A DNA stretch of 64,000 nucleotides, taken from the IMG/VR virus record IMGVR_UViG_3300028283_000231; one strand, given 5' to 3'. Positions 31,001 through 40,300 of the stretch are shown here, in pieces; the stretch's first letter is position 1, and each line of letters begins with the position of its first letter. This stretch comes from a virus (Duplodnaviria > Caudoviricetes). The position numbers and the translations under genes are program-made. The notes under the pieces are model-generated. The model made no database searches. It was not told the DNA's origin and saw only the letters and a list, made by a program, of their open reading frames with translations.

Positions 31001-33294
31001 TTTTCGTTATAGTTATAGAGTGCTCCGACTACCTCGTAACCTTCGTCTAATTTCTTTACACAATTTTTCCATTTTTCTATATTAAAATATTCAAGACATT
31101 CCCTCCAACTATCTATCGCTAATCTATTACCAGCGCTATTATAAATGCTCCAAACTCCTTTTAAATGGAAATATAAAATATAAGCGTTTTCGATTTTAAC
31201 GAATTCCTGTAAAGCTTGAAGTGTAGGATATTCAAAAAAGTTTTCTTCTATTCTAATTATATTAATTCTGAATAAATTATCGTAAGAATTTACCTTACCT
31301 TGAAATTTATTAAACTCTTTATCTTCTCCAAAAACGTACATGAATAAGATTGTGAGTTCGTCGTATAGTCCGCTTTCTTTTAATATTTTAAGTTGATTAT
31401 CTAATATAGAGTTCCAATTGTTCACAAGATAATTATGTGAAAAAGCGTAAATTGGTATAGTTTTATTTTCTTCACCTATAACTTGCACTGATTGGAAGTC
31501 ACATCTTTTATTAAAATCAGATATAGAAGTTAAACTAAAAGGTCTATTGTGTGAACCACAACCACCTGATAAATTCCAATCACTTAATCTATCAGCTACA
31601 CCAGCTGATCTTCTAGTCATGTATTTATGTGCTATCCATTTAAAATGTAAATGTTTTATATCTCTTGTTTCACTATATTTAACTGGACCTATTGGATCAC
31701 ATCCGTGACTACCTATATGATAGTTAATATCAATGGATGATTTGAATATTGATTTCTTATCTAAAAAGACTGAGTCTCTTACTCCCCTGTTTACGATATC
31801 TGGTAAATATTTCCCTTCTTCGAATTTTGGAATTTTTTTACTTATCATGTCATAACCCTCTGTTAATGGTATAGTTACACCGTTTTTATCGTATTCTTTA
31901 AGTTTTTCTTTAAGATTTGGGTGATATATAAATTCATCTATATCGCAGACTATTATCCAGTCGTATTGTTCCCTGTATGGTTTCCAACCATCGTTTCTAA
32001 GATCGTTTAAATGTCTATCGTCTAATTTTTCTTGTATATCTATGATTAATTCAGCTTTAGGATTTGATTTAATTATTTCTTGTGATTTATCTGAGCTACC
32101 ACCGTCAATAACTACTATTTTATCTACCCCTATGAAATTAGAATAATAGTCGAGATAGAATGGTAACATTTGTTCCTCGTTGAAACAGCAGGAAAAAACT
32201 AATATTTTAATGTCTTGTTTTTTAGCAAAAAGGAATTGCCACTCTTTTAATAATAATTCATATTTTTTATCTATTAGATATGGTATAACTAGATGGCCTT
32301 TACCGATATAAGTTTCTTGATCAGCTATATCGTCTATTAGAACTAATGCTTTTGGTGTCAGGAATTTTTCTGCTTTTAAATATGCCTCTAAGTGCTTTTC
32401 CTCTGATATTCTTTTGTCCTCTTCTGTTCCTCTATAATCCCAAGCGTCTAGATAAAGAAGATCTATATTATCTTCAAATGTGTCGAAAAATTCAATTCCG
32501 TCTGCACAAACTAGATTTACTCTATCTGTGAGCATTCCTTTATTATTCAATTGAATTTTACCATTTTCTATATAAGTATTCTCGATGTCTATTGAATATA
32601 ATTTACCTCCATACGTGTTAACAAACCAACTAAAAACACTAGTTGAACAACCATCTCCAGTATTATCGAAATTTCTTTGTGTTCCTATTTCAACTATAAC
32701 TGGATTTTTAATATTATTTTCTTTTATATAATTAATAGCTGGTAAAAATCCACCTCTACCGTGTTCTGGTATTTCATTTAATTTATTATAAAAGTTCAAA
32801 AGTTCATCTTTATTATTTGAAGTCATTACATGTATATTATTTTTTATCACTTCGTGTGGTAAATCCCACCATTTCAATTTTAATAAAATATCAACCACGT
32901 CTTTACTGAACCTTGTGAATAAGAACTCTGCTGGATTTCCACCAACAACAGTATATGGTTTTACATTTTTAGTCACGTACGATTTAGCTGATATGATGGC
33001 ACCATCTCCTATCGTTACACCGTAAGCTATAGTTGCTCCGTCACCTATCCAAACATCGTTACCAACTGTTATTTTACCTCTTACTAAATGATCATTCACT
33101 GGAAACATATCTTTTGTTTCCGCCGTATGACCAAATGGGTAAGTAGAAAATAAATTTGTTTTATGCCCCCATAATATAAACTTAACGTCCTCAGCGATAG
33201 AGCAAAATTTACCAATTTTTAATATTCCCTCACCGTTTGTTCTTGGTACTCCATAAGAGTAATCACCGTATTCGTAATCTATTTTTGGTTGCAT
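28024..33294 (-). CDS. 1756-aa multidomain glycan-modifying protein: hexapeptide O-acetyltransferase + methyltransferase + GT2-like + YFHxKG domain + GT2 + YFHxKG domain + truncated methyltransferase + unknown C-terminal region
   Basis: IGKFCSIA/VGNDVWIG/VVGGNPA; VEIGTQR/LYLDAWD; CFNEEQMLPFY/CDIDEF; YFHLKG..GNFWW; SVLIPTYNR/HLDDDN; YFHLKG..GHFFW; VLEIGS. Confidence 0.75.
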   Translation of the reverse strand: MQPKIDYEYGDYSYGVPRTNGEGILKIGKFCSIAEDVKFILWGHKTNLFSTYPFGHTAETKDMFPVNDHLVRGKITVGNDVWIGDGATIAYGVTIGDGAIISAKSYVTKNVKPYTVVGGNPAEFLFTRFSKDVVDILLKLKWWDLPHEVIKNNIHVMTSNNKDELLNFYNKLNEIPEHGRGGFLPAINYIKENNIKNPVIVEIGTQRNFDNTGDGCSTSVFSWFVNTYGGKLYSIDIENTYIENGKIQLNNKGMLTDRVNLVCADGIEFFDTFEDNIDLLYLDAWDYRGTEEDKRISEEKHLEAYLKAEKFLTPKALVLIDDIADQETYIGKGHLVIPYLIDKKYELLLKEWQFLFAKKQDIKILVFSCCFNEEQMLPFYLDYYSNFIGVDKIVVIDGGSSDKSQEIIKSNPKAELIIDIQEKLDDRHLNDLRNDGWKPYREQYDWIIVCDIDEFIYHPNLKEKLKEYDKNGVTIPLTEGYDMISKKIPKFEEGKYLPDIVNRGVRDSVFLDKKSIFKSSIDINYHIGSHGCDPIGPVKYSETRDIKHLHFKWIAHKYMTRRSAGVADRLSDWNLSGGCGSHNRPFSLTSISDFNKRCDFQSVQVIGEENKTIPIYAFSHNYLVNNWNSILDNQLKILKESGLYDELTILFMYVFGEDKEFNKFQGKVNSYDNLFRINIIRIEENFFEYPTLQALQEFVKIENAYILYFHLKGVWSIYNSAGNRLAIDSWRECLEYFNIEKWKNCVKKLDEGYEVVGALYNYNEKEPLFSGNFWWANSKYIKKLPKLEYVKENDPDPNDEAKTWCRVECEKWINRIPNKFYNFYIPKDYGFYYAPIDAKDYKGDSHYKISVLIPTYNRFNLLKEAIKSVLDQNYDNFEILVCHDGPSDEYNKFKEDNKHDKIFYYEIERRNNYGAAQRNFMLEKVTGDYILHLDDDNIIYPDYFEKMIAQIDNKTGMVICRIHYNDKEWTNYVLPLADRIQDCEIDQLGILFKADIGKMFNWDDYFGHDHRYIKACENVVNAQNLKIKYIPDVLASHRFFGEVIPRIVIVHHCYLRYGWKDILEEQIFLMKNNGLYEGCTEIFATIYADDKNNINEFRNIIEQEDTLKKWKIIELQQNNYEYDALKHLKKYSEDKHTYICYFHLKGVISKEIDPNVGIPTWRKYLNYFTINKWKENIEHLKDNDVVCVDWNFNDMHQRYVLGGHFFWTKSEYIRTLGEPENNENRFLSEIWITSNPNVKVYENFNYEKIGYKNLYLQWFHPLIYRTDHEEFANELVSWSFRKYGEQENKYDYKDFIKSLMIKGNQSVLEIGSKYYGSTYCFCNIFDKVVLIDKEETEQIRKLNKEYNNLTFILEDKDTKSKINGMKFDFLYLRNEYKDCLKDDTSVIFHDFKQKEDEPVIVESIAEPIEFIKPNSVYIITSHPNYKMSEDITKKTLENIRLFGEKVILSAHCPVSTDIQKLADYFIYDKNNPLIKHDFYTNSWFPATDYHAHLNITKEDNNFNHALGVFLNYYNSLILAKSQGFNTAVCTNFDMVFSAEDKKVIDDRINRMRMEGKKAFFMNTPETEGVHYKTIFFITDVDYFINTFKYITNEKLYIEEMQKVGSNTNCLENFVYHSLKNKTKDLLLEEINEDQLFPTSQINLFSLIEYNTILPVENEPDKFVIWFSSANSLDSRDFNIAVRKNGNIILTDLKPIDKKFIYYKKVKFTKGDNFEINFRVINGNEVLKNKIIKVNDEVFTNIKSYGNFIDRKNIESI

Positions 33295-33303
33295 TAATCA
33301 TAA

Positions 33304-33991
33304 TCATTTTTTTGGAATTGATATGTAATCAATGTCATGCACTTGTTTAAGAGAATAGGATATACTTTTAAAAAATTTAACAATATCATCAGTAGATTTA
33401 TTATACATATTTAAATGTGCTTCAGCTATTTCAATCAAAATAATTGGTTTATTTCTTAATATTGTCCCCATCAAGTACAAATGGTTCGTAACCTTGTACG
33501 TCCATTTTAATTAAACTCACATTATCGTAACGCAAATCGTCTAATCTCACCTCATCCACTAATTCACCTTCGTTTGATATATGTGTATCACCTATATTTA
33601 ATAATCCATCCAAATAAAAATTCTGTCTTTCTATATGTGTTATACCATTCTTATCAGATAAGGCTTTATTAATAGCAATAATGTTATCAAATCCGTTTGC
33701 TATTATATTTGCACACAACTGGTAATAAACTATACGTTGTGGTTCGAACGCGTAGACTTTACCTTCTTCACCAACCATTTCTGCAAATTCAAGAGTATGA
33801 GCACCCAGATTAGCACCAATGTCTATTATATTGGTGCCCTTAAAATTATAATCTTTAATTGCTTCGTATAGATGAGGTTCCCATAATCTTCCTTCTCTTA
33901 TACAACTTGTTAATCCTATATCTTGTTTAAAAAGAAAATAATGTTTATCTCTAGATGAAACGTAGTCAATAGGTAATCTTTTCATAAACAA
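33304..33991 (-). pseudogene. FkbM-family methyltransferase with an apparent frameshift near 33466
   Basis: The ORF stops after KMDVQGYEPFVLDG-DNIKK. The +1 frame continues TILRNKPIILIE...IPKK for 53 aa to a TGA at 33304-33306, 9 nt before the next ATG. Confidence 0.7.
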
Positions 33992-34021
33992 TTTTGTTTT
34001 TTCGTTATATTATGTTTTAGT

Positions 34022-34888
34022 ATGAATGTTTTAATAATTAACATAGGGCCACATGGTGACGTATTGAGAACCACAATACTCTTGAACCAATTTAAACACG
34101 ATAATATATATTGGTTAACATCAGTCCGTAACAAAGATATTCTTAACTCTAAACTCATTAGAAAAATATTTTATATAGAAGAACTATCACATTATTATAA
34201 CATAACAAATTACGATCTAGTCATAAGTCTCAACGAAGAACACCCATTCGACGAGCGTCCTCTATATGGAAAACTTATTGGAATTGATAAACACGGAACA
34301 TATTCAATAGAAAGTAAATACTGGTTCGATATGTCTCTTATAAGTAATTACGGAGACTGTATCGCTAACAAATTAAAAAAAGAAAATAGAAAATCTTATA
34401 ACCAAATTCTTATAGAAATGGTTGGGGGAAAATGGGAAGAACAAGAATATATCCTTGATCACGAACCAATTAAGTCAAATAAAATAGGATTAATAAAAAC
34501 AGTTAACGGTGTTTGGAAAAGTAAACAATGGAACGGATTTGATGAATTATACAATTTACTTAAAAAAGATCACGATGTTAGTTTCTTAGATATTAAACCA
34601 ACAGTTAAAGAACATATAGATGATATAAATAATTGTGGATTAATAGTTTGTCCTGATACGTTTGGAATGCATATAGCTATAGCTCTTAAAAAGAAGGTGG
34701 TAGCTTTATTTAATAGTACTTCACCTCACGAGATATATGATTACGGAAGAATGATAAAGATAACTAGTCCGTTGCAAGATAAGTATTTTTATACTAAGGA
34801 TTACAATGAAGAATTGTGTGATTCCATAGATGTCAATTACGTTTATAAAAAAATAAAAGAATTATATGGGGAAATTAATATTTTATAA
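34022..34888 (+). CDS. GT9 (heptosyltransferase-like) glycosyltransferase
   Basis: GPHGDVLRTT, IYWLT, KQW, IVCPDTFGMHIAIALKKKVVALF. Confidence 0.8.
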   Translation: MNVLIINIGPHGDVLRTTILLNQFKHDNIYWLTSVRNKDILNSKLIRKIFYIEELSHYYNITNYDLVISLNEEHPFDERPLYGKLIGIDKHGTYSIESKYWFDMSLISNYGDCIANKLKKENRKSYNQILIEMVGGKWEEQEYILDHEPIKSNKIGLIKTVNGVWKSKQWNGFDELYNLLKKDHDVSFLDIKPTVKEHIDDINNCGLIVCPDTFGMHIAIALKKKVVALFNSTSPHEIYDYGRMIKITSPLQDKYFYTKDYNEELCDSIDVNYVYKKIKELYGEINIL

Positions 34889-35975
34889 TTTATGGCATAA
34901 TGGTGATATTCATTTCACTAGGTCGTATATTAGAGATATAATGAAAAAAACAAATTTTGACGAATATCAATATTTGCATAACAATAATCCAGGTATATTA
35001 AGAGACATTCCTAATTTAGTATATGGTAAAACAAATGAATATTGTCAAGATACTACAATTGTATTAAGAGTTAATAACGATTTGTACATAAATGTTTGGA
35101 TAGGTTTTTATAATTCTTTATTTAACGAAGAAGTGGATTCACCGGTACGTACTGTATCTGGTGTTCTTTATAGATTTTTCACACACATATACGAAAAATT
35201 GGGAATAAAACTTGGAGACGAAAGAGATTACGTGCCTTTTATAGAATTTGATTCATTTGATAAAACTAAAATAGATACCTTTATTGAAACTAATAAATAT
35301 CCAAAAGTTCTTGTCGTAAACGGTCCTGTATTTGCCTACCAATCTGTGATAGAAATCAATTTCATGGATATAATAAACAGATTATCAGAAGATTATCCAT
35401 ATGTTCAATTTCTTTTAACTGAGCGAATAGCGTTAGATAAACCTAATGTTTTATTCACGTCGGATATAGCACCTGAGTTAATGGATATATCTTATTTATC
35501 GATGTTTTGTGACGTGATATTTGGGAGATCAACGGGTCCCTATGTTTTTAGTTGGATGGAAAAGAATTTAAAAGATACACAGAAAACTTACATTTGTGCT
35601 TCTTCAAAATTAAGGCATATAACTTGGGGGACTAAATCAAATTGTAAAAATGTTTGGATAGAAGATTATAATGAAATTTATAATATAGTTAAAGACGAGT
35701 TAAAATTTCTATCACCCATAACAGTAAATGATTTTACAATTAGATGTGTAGTTGATAGAATATATGTAAAGCCTAATATAGATATTACCCCGGAACACGA
35801 CGTGAGTTTTTATTTCTATACAGGAGATAGGAAAAATTGGGAACATAAGAATTACGTGGCATTAGCTGGAATGGAAAGCTGGTATATTCCTTATCACGGT
35901 TATAATTGTGAACATAATCGTATAAAAATGGAATTTAGAACCGCTAAAAATTTATTATTCTTTTTAGATTTATAA
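34866..35975 (+). CDS. Putative GT-B protein with a C-terminal beta-rich domain; paralog of 26186-27295
   Basis: KLIFYN..HNGDIHFTR, ISYLSMFCDVIFGRSTGPY. Confidence 0.5.
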   Translation: MGKLIFYNLWHNGDIHFTRSYIRDIMKKTNFDEYQYLHNNNPGILRDIPNLVYGKTNEYCQDTTIVLRVNNDLYINVWIGFYNSLFNEEVDSPVRTVSGVLYRFFTHIYEKLGIKLGDERDYVPFIEFDSFDKTKIDTFIETNKYPKVLVVNGPVFAYQSVIEINFMDIINRLSEDYPYVQFLLTERIALDKPNVLFTSDIAPELMDISYLSMFCDVIFGRSTGPYVFSWMEKNLKDTQKTYICASSKLRHITWGTKSNCKNVWIEDYNEIYNIVKDELKFLSPITVNDFTIRCVVDRIYVKPNIDITPEHDVSFYFYTGDRKNWEHKNYVALAGMESWYIPYHGYNCEHNRIKMEFRTAKNLLFFLDL

Positions 35976-36605
35976 CTTCTTCAAGATGTAATTATTAAGA
36001 GTGCCAAGTGAATCGTAAATTTTTACCACTTTGCCTTCTACCATTTTATAATCGTAATAAATAGGTATATGTTGTTCCAAACTACCAATTATTTCGAACC
36101 CTTTAAAGTTATCTATATTTCTCATGTAGTCTACGGCTTTTTTAACATCGGGTGAATATTTATCCATGTAATCATCAAATACAATGTAACCACCAACTTC
36201 TACTAGCTCTTTATAAACAGAATAATCTTTAATAACGTCAAAATAGTTATGACTTCCGTCAATGAAAATCAAATCAAATTTGCCTTGAATTATTTCTAAA
36301 ATGGATTTATCAGTAGAATTAGTTTGAAATATACCAGCGTTGATTTTATATTTATCTAAATTTTTATATAATAATTCTCTCACTTTAATGTCTATACCAT
36401 ATACCTCTTTTACTTTTGGATGCTGAGCAACGTAACAAAAACTAGCACCGTCCCATAATCCAATTTCTAAATATCTTATATCTCTATCTAATTGATCTAT
36501 AAGATATTCTAAGATAAAATAATGTTCGTGGAATCTTTCTCCTTCGAAATCTTCGAGATATGGTTGCATTTTATCTAAATAATATTGTTGTTTTTCTTTA
36601 GTCAT
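35970..36605 (-). CDS. Class I SAM methyltransferase (Methyltransf_24-like)
   Basis: YLEIGLWDGAS, LIFIDGSHNY, GGYIVFDDY. Confidence 0.8.
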   Translation of the reverse strand: MTKEKQQYYLDKMQPYLEDFEGERFHEHYFILEYLIDQLDRDIRYLEIGLWDGASFCYVAQHPKVKEVYGIDIKVRELLYKNLDKYKINAGIFQTNSTDKSILEIIQGKFDLIFIDGSHNYFDVIKDYSVYKELVEVGGYIVFDDYMDKYSPDVKKAVDYMRNIDNFKGFEIIGSLEQHIPIYYDYKMVEGKVVKIYDSLGTLNNYILKKL

Positions 36606-37651
36606 TTTGCCTTTAAGTAATTTATTATATAATCTAAATCGCTATTGTTCATATCAGCATTCAAAGGGAAACAAACGATCTCTTCGTATAATTTATTAGA
36701 GTTAGTAAATCCGATTAAAGGTTCGTAATATTTCTTATATTCTACGTCTTTAATGTCTATTTCTTCTTTAAATGATTTGATAGGTAAACATGATATTAAA
36801 CTATTATCGTAAGGTTTAATTAATTCAAATCTAGTTTCTCTTAATCTGTTTTCGAAATATTTTGCCAATTCTTTATGAATATGATCAATGGCGTAAAAAT
36901 TGTCTAAATGTTGAAGAATGAAGGCAGCAGATATATCGCTCATTCTCCAGTTAGATCCGTGTACAGACCATTTCTTAATTGATTTAGTATATCCAAAATT
37001 TATTGATTTTCTAACATCTGCTTCGTATTCTCTATCAACTATAATAACTCCGCCTTCACCGAAACCGAGTGGTTTCGTGTGATGTAAACTAATTATAGAA
37101 CCAACTCCGAAATTATTTATATTTAAAAAATTGTAAAAAGTGTATGGGGCAGTAGCACTATCAAAGATAAGGTATTTATCGTTATCTACACTCCATTTAA
37201 TAAATTTTTCAACTTCACTAGCAAATCCAAACATATTAGTAACTATAACACCGTTAATGTTATCTTTGATATGTTCTAAAGAATTTAGATCTGGTGATAT
37301 ATCATTATAGTCTATATCTACTATAACAGAATTTCTCAGCACACCTTGAGCTGAAACTGGGAATGTATAATCTTGGGTCGCCCATCGTGTTTCAACTCCA
37401 AGTTTATTATTTATACCTGAAACAAGAGCGTGTAGTGCGGCGGTTCCGCTACAAGTTGGAATTACAACTTTACTGGAACTAATTTTTAATATAGATCTAA
37501 GTCTATCGCTTAGCATTTTTTGCAAAGGCCCGTCGTTACTAAATTGATTTTCTTTAATAGAAAATTCCATATAGTGTTTAACTCTATCCCAGTTTATTTC
37601 TTTCTTATTTACCCAATTTATTCTCATTTTGTCCAGTCTATTGTTGCACAA
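36602..37651 (-). CDS. DegT/DnrJ/EryC1/StrS-family sugar aminotransferase
   Basis: CSGTAALHAL, TFPVS, IFDSA, SLHHTKPLGFGEGG (PLP lysine), NWRMSDISAA. Confidence 0.85.
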   Translation of the reverse strand: MCNNRLDKMRINWVNKKEINWDRVKHYMEFSIKENQFSNDGPLQKMLSDRLRSILKISSSKVVIPTCSGTAALHALVSGINNKLGVETRWATQDYTFPVSAQGVLRNSVIVDIDYNDISPDLNSLEHIKDNINGVIVTNMFGFASEVEKFIKWSVDNDKYLIFDSATAPYTFYNFLNINNFGVGSIISLHHTKPLGFGEGGVIIVDREYEADVRKSINFGYTKSIKKWSVHGSNWRMSDISAAFILQHLDNFYAIDHIHKELAKYFENRLRETRFELIKPYDNSLISCLPIKSFKEEIDIKDVEYKKYYEPLIGFTNSNKLYEEIVCFPLNADMNNSDLDYIINYLKAK

Positions 37652-38340
37652 TATCCTTCAGCTAAATGATAAGCAGTAGCTTTGGGTATATGATAAGTAT
37701 CTAATTTGCCTTCTTTTACGTCTTTATATATTCTGTCCCAAAGATCAGCGTCAGAAGCTTTTTTCTCACCTTTATCTATCATATTAATATATCTATGTTT
37801 TATTTTACTTATATTAAAAGTTACAGTCTGGTGAATGACTTGTCTGCCTTTTGGAGGTAAATTGTTAATAACATCGTCAGTTAAATTAGGTGGGAAAAGG
37901 TTTTTAGGCCTTACGTAGTGAGCCTTTGAATAAACAAAAGATACTGTTGGATATTTAAGATAGGTTTTATTGTGTAGTTCAAGGTGATTAACTTCCCATT
38001 TGTCCTCGTAATCAAAATGAGCGTAATAATCTATTCCTTCTTTTTCTAATAACTCTATCCCTTTATTAAGAGCGTTTGTGCCACTACATAACCAAAGATC
38101 GTTACCAGTATAACGACTTCTTTCGTCTGCTACGGGTAAATTCACATATGTTATCATACTTGATGGAACGCGCGAAGTAATAAATTCTAGTTCTTCTGGT
38201 TTATCGTAATCGTCTCCAATTAGAAATAGTTTCCAATCAGAGTGTGTTTGCATCATTATATTTTGTATGGCTCTATATAAGAAGACTATTGTTTGTCCGT
38301 CTTTTCTATAATAAGTGGGTAGTACTATTCCGAATTTCAT
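37624..38340 (-). CDS. GT2 family glycosyltransferase
   Basis: GIVLPTY, LIGDD, ALNKG, AHFDYEDKW..NHL. Confidence 0.7.
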   Translation of the reverse strand: MKFGIVLPTYYRKDGQTIVFLYRAIQNIMMQTHSDWKLFLIGDDYDKPEELEFITSRVPSSMITYVNLPVADERSRYTGNDLWLCSGTNALNKGIELLEKEGIDYYAHFDYEDKWEVNHLELHNKTYLKYPTVSFVYSKAHYVRPKNLFPPNLTDDVINNLPPKGRQVIHQTVTFNISKIKHRYINMIDKGEKKASDADLWDRIYKDVKEGKLDTYHIPKATAYHLAEGYCATIDWTK

Positions 38341-39071
38341 TGTTTAGTTAATTCAATTTTGATGAATATTTTATCCCCGTTATCGTTAATAAAATAAGCA
38401 TTTTTAAAATCCCCGTGCGATAAAGCCTTCAATTTAGTTATATGATTAAAAAATGTGTCTTTATCGTTTATATCAATCTTTCCAAGATCGTTAAAATCTT
38501 TCTTGTAATTTATATTTCCTTCATCTGGTATTCTAACGAAAGAATAATTCTTATTAATTATATCTATCAGATTTCTATCAAGGAGTTTCATTTCAACGTC
38601 AACTACTTTTTCGTAAACTGAAAGAGAAGTGTCGTGTGGTTCTATATATATTCGCTCTTGGGTTATAATGGGCCCGTGATCAATCTTATTATCTATTTCG
38701 TGTATAGTTACACCAAAAGGTAGTCCATTTAATATGGAAAACACTTGTGGGTACCATCCTCTATTATAAGGGTTATAACCTGGATGTATATTAATACATC
38801 TTACTTTTTCTATGAGTTCTTTTGGAAATAATTGTTTACAATGTAACGAGAAGATAATTTCGTATTTATATAAACTTTTATCTCTAACGTCAATTGGTTC
38901 AACTGGTTTGTACATCCAAGAGTTAAAAGATTTATGATAATCAGCACAAAAGTCGTAATTATTATAGCTCCAACCGTAATCAAAGTCTTCTCTAAGTTTT
39001 TTAGATACGACTATTTGATTAAATCTTGCTAATAATTCTATTTTATCCGTGATTAAAAGGAATTTTCTCAT
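38337..39071 (-). CDS. Sugar N-formyltransferase (VioF/WbtJ-like dTDP-4-amino-4,6-dideoxyhexose formyltransferase)
   Basis: SLHCKQLFP, CINIHPGYNPYNRGWYPQVFSI, GVTIHEID..IDHGPII, ALSHGDFKNAYF. Confidence 0.85.
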   Translation of the reverse strand: MRKFLLITDKIELLARFNQIVVSKKLREDFDYGWSYNNYDFCADYHKSFNSWMYKPVEPIDVRDKSLYKYEIIFSLHCKQLFPKELIEKVRCINIHPGYNPYNRGWYPQVFSILNGLPFGVTIHEIDNKIDHGPIITQERIYIEPHDTSLSVYEKVVDVEMKLLDRNLIDIINKNYSFVRIPDEGNINYKKDFNDLGKIDINDKDTFFNHITKLKALSHGDFKNAYFINDNGDKIFIKIELTKQ

Positions 39072-39110
39072 TGATTAATATAATGAGAAAAGATTAAAAA
39101 GTTTATTCAA

Positions 39111-39905
39111 TTATCCTCTACGGTGCATTGATGGAGGTCCCGATTTTTTAAGAAAATCCTCTATTGTTTTATAAAATCCTTTCTTTTTAGGTTTTTCAGG
39201 TGGAGGGTTATGTCTTCTAGCTTGTTCTTCTTCGAAGTTTCTTCTATGTAAGGCTTCAATATTAGCTTCCCTACCTCTTTCGAATTCTCTGACTCTACGT
39301 TCCTGGTCTCTTTGTAACATTGCTATAACATCTGCTGGTGGTATATGACGATGAGCCATTCTTGCTCTACCAGCGTCTCTTACATCTGGTGCTGGAATAG
39401 GTTCTACCATATCATCTTCAACGTCCCAATCCTCTTCACCGTAGGCTGCTTCCACTGGATCTCTTTCTGGTTTTTTAACTTTTTCTGGGGTATCCCATAC
39501 TTCTTCACCATAAGGATCAACGTCTGCATGTACTTTTCTTTCTAAATCTTCGTGATAACGAGCACATATATTTAATATAACATCTAAATATTTAGTTCTA
39601 TTATAAATATCACTTTTAAATTTTCTACTATGTGTAGTATTACCTTGTTTGTCTTTTATTATCAATTCGTAAATCTCTGAAAATTCATCGGGACAAGTTT
39701 TAATTATTTCAAAATCGCAATAGGTGTCCTCACACGTGGCAGATTTATTGATGATAACAAACCCTTCATCTTCTAATAATTTCTTTTCTGCCAGTCCAAA
39801 ACTTTTTCCTTTTTCTGGATCAAAAGGCATAAAGGTATCGCCTATTTCGAAATTAGCAGGAGCTTTTCTTTTTAGTTCTTCAAATAATTTAAAACTCTTT
39901 ATCAT
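39111..39905 (-). CDS. Putative virion internal protein with a capsid-targeting-like N-terminus and two YGEExW motifs
   Basis: MIKSFKLFEE; DPYGEEVW and AAYGEEDW; TTAATATATAC upstream. Confidence 0.5.
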   Translation of the reverse strand: MIKSFKLFEELKRKAPANFEIGDTFMPFDPEKGKSFGLAEKKLLEDEGFVIINKSATCEDTYCDFEIIKTCPDEFSEIYELIIKDKQGNTTHSRKFKSDIYNRTKYLDVILNICARYHEDLERKVHADVDPYGEEVWDTPEKVKKPERDPVEAAYGEEDWDVEDDMVEPIPAPDVRDAGRARMAHRHIPPADVIAMLQRDQERRVREFERGREANIEALHRRNFEEEQARRHNPPPEKPKKKGFYKTIEDFLKKSGPPSMHRRG

Positions 39906-39986
39906 AGTAACTGTATATATTAAAATAAACTTTTAATATTTTTATCTATAAATAGTACAACACATTAAAAAATAATTGACTATGAA

Positions 39987-40238
39987 ATGAAAATTATAGA
40001 AATAAAGAACGGTGATGAATTATCAAAGTTTATAGAAGAGTATAAACAATTTCACTCTGAAAGAGGAATAGCTGAAAGTTCAAATATTTTAGTTGGAAAC
40101 TATAATCAAGATAAAGGTAAATTTCTTGTTGTTGATAAAAATGATGACTTGGTTTATGAAGTCAATAAAATATATATTTGTCGACATCAAAATACACACA
40201 TGTTAGATTATAAAATTGAATATTGTGAAATTGGATAA
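39987..40238 (+). CDS. Hypothetical protein
   Basis: ORF behind an AAACTT-N14-TATAAATA motif. Confidence 0.5.
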   Translation: MKIIEIKNGDELSKFIEEYKQFHSERGIAESSNILVGNYNQDKGKFLVVDKNDDLVYEVNKIYICRHQNTHMLDYKIEYCEIG

Positions 40239-40300
40239 TTTACCATAAAATTTCTTGAAATGATTTCAAGTGTAAATATTCAAAAAGAATATTCCTATAA

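Noticed and set aside
40254-40293. Palindromes cttgaaat-g-atttcaag and aatattc-aaaaa-gaatatt upstream of gmd as operators
   Set aside because: Single occurrences in very AT-rich DNA, with no second copy or cognate regulator to support them.
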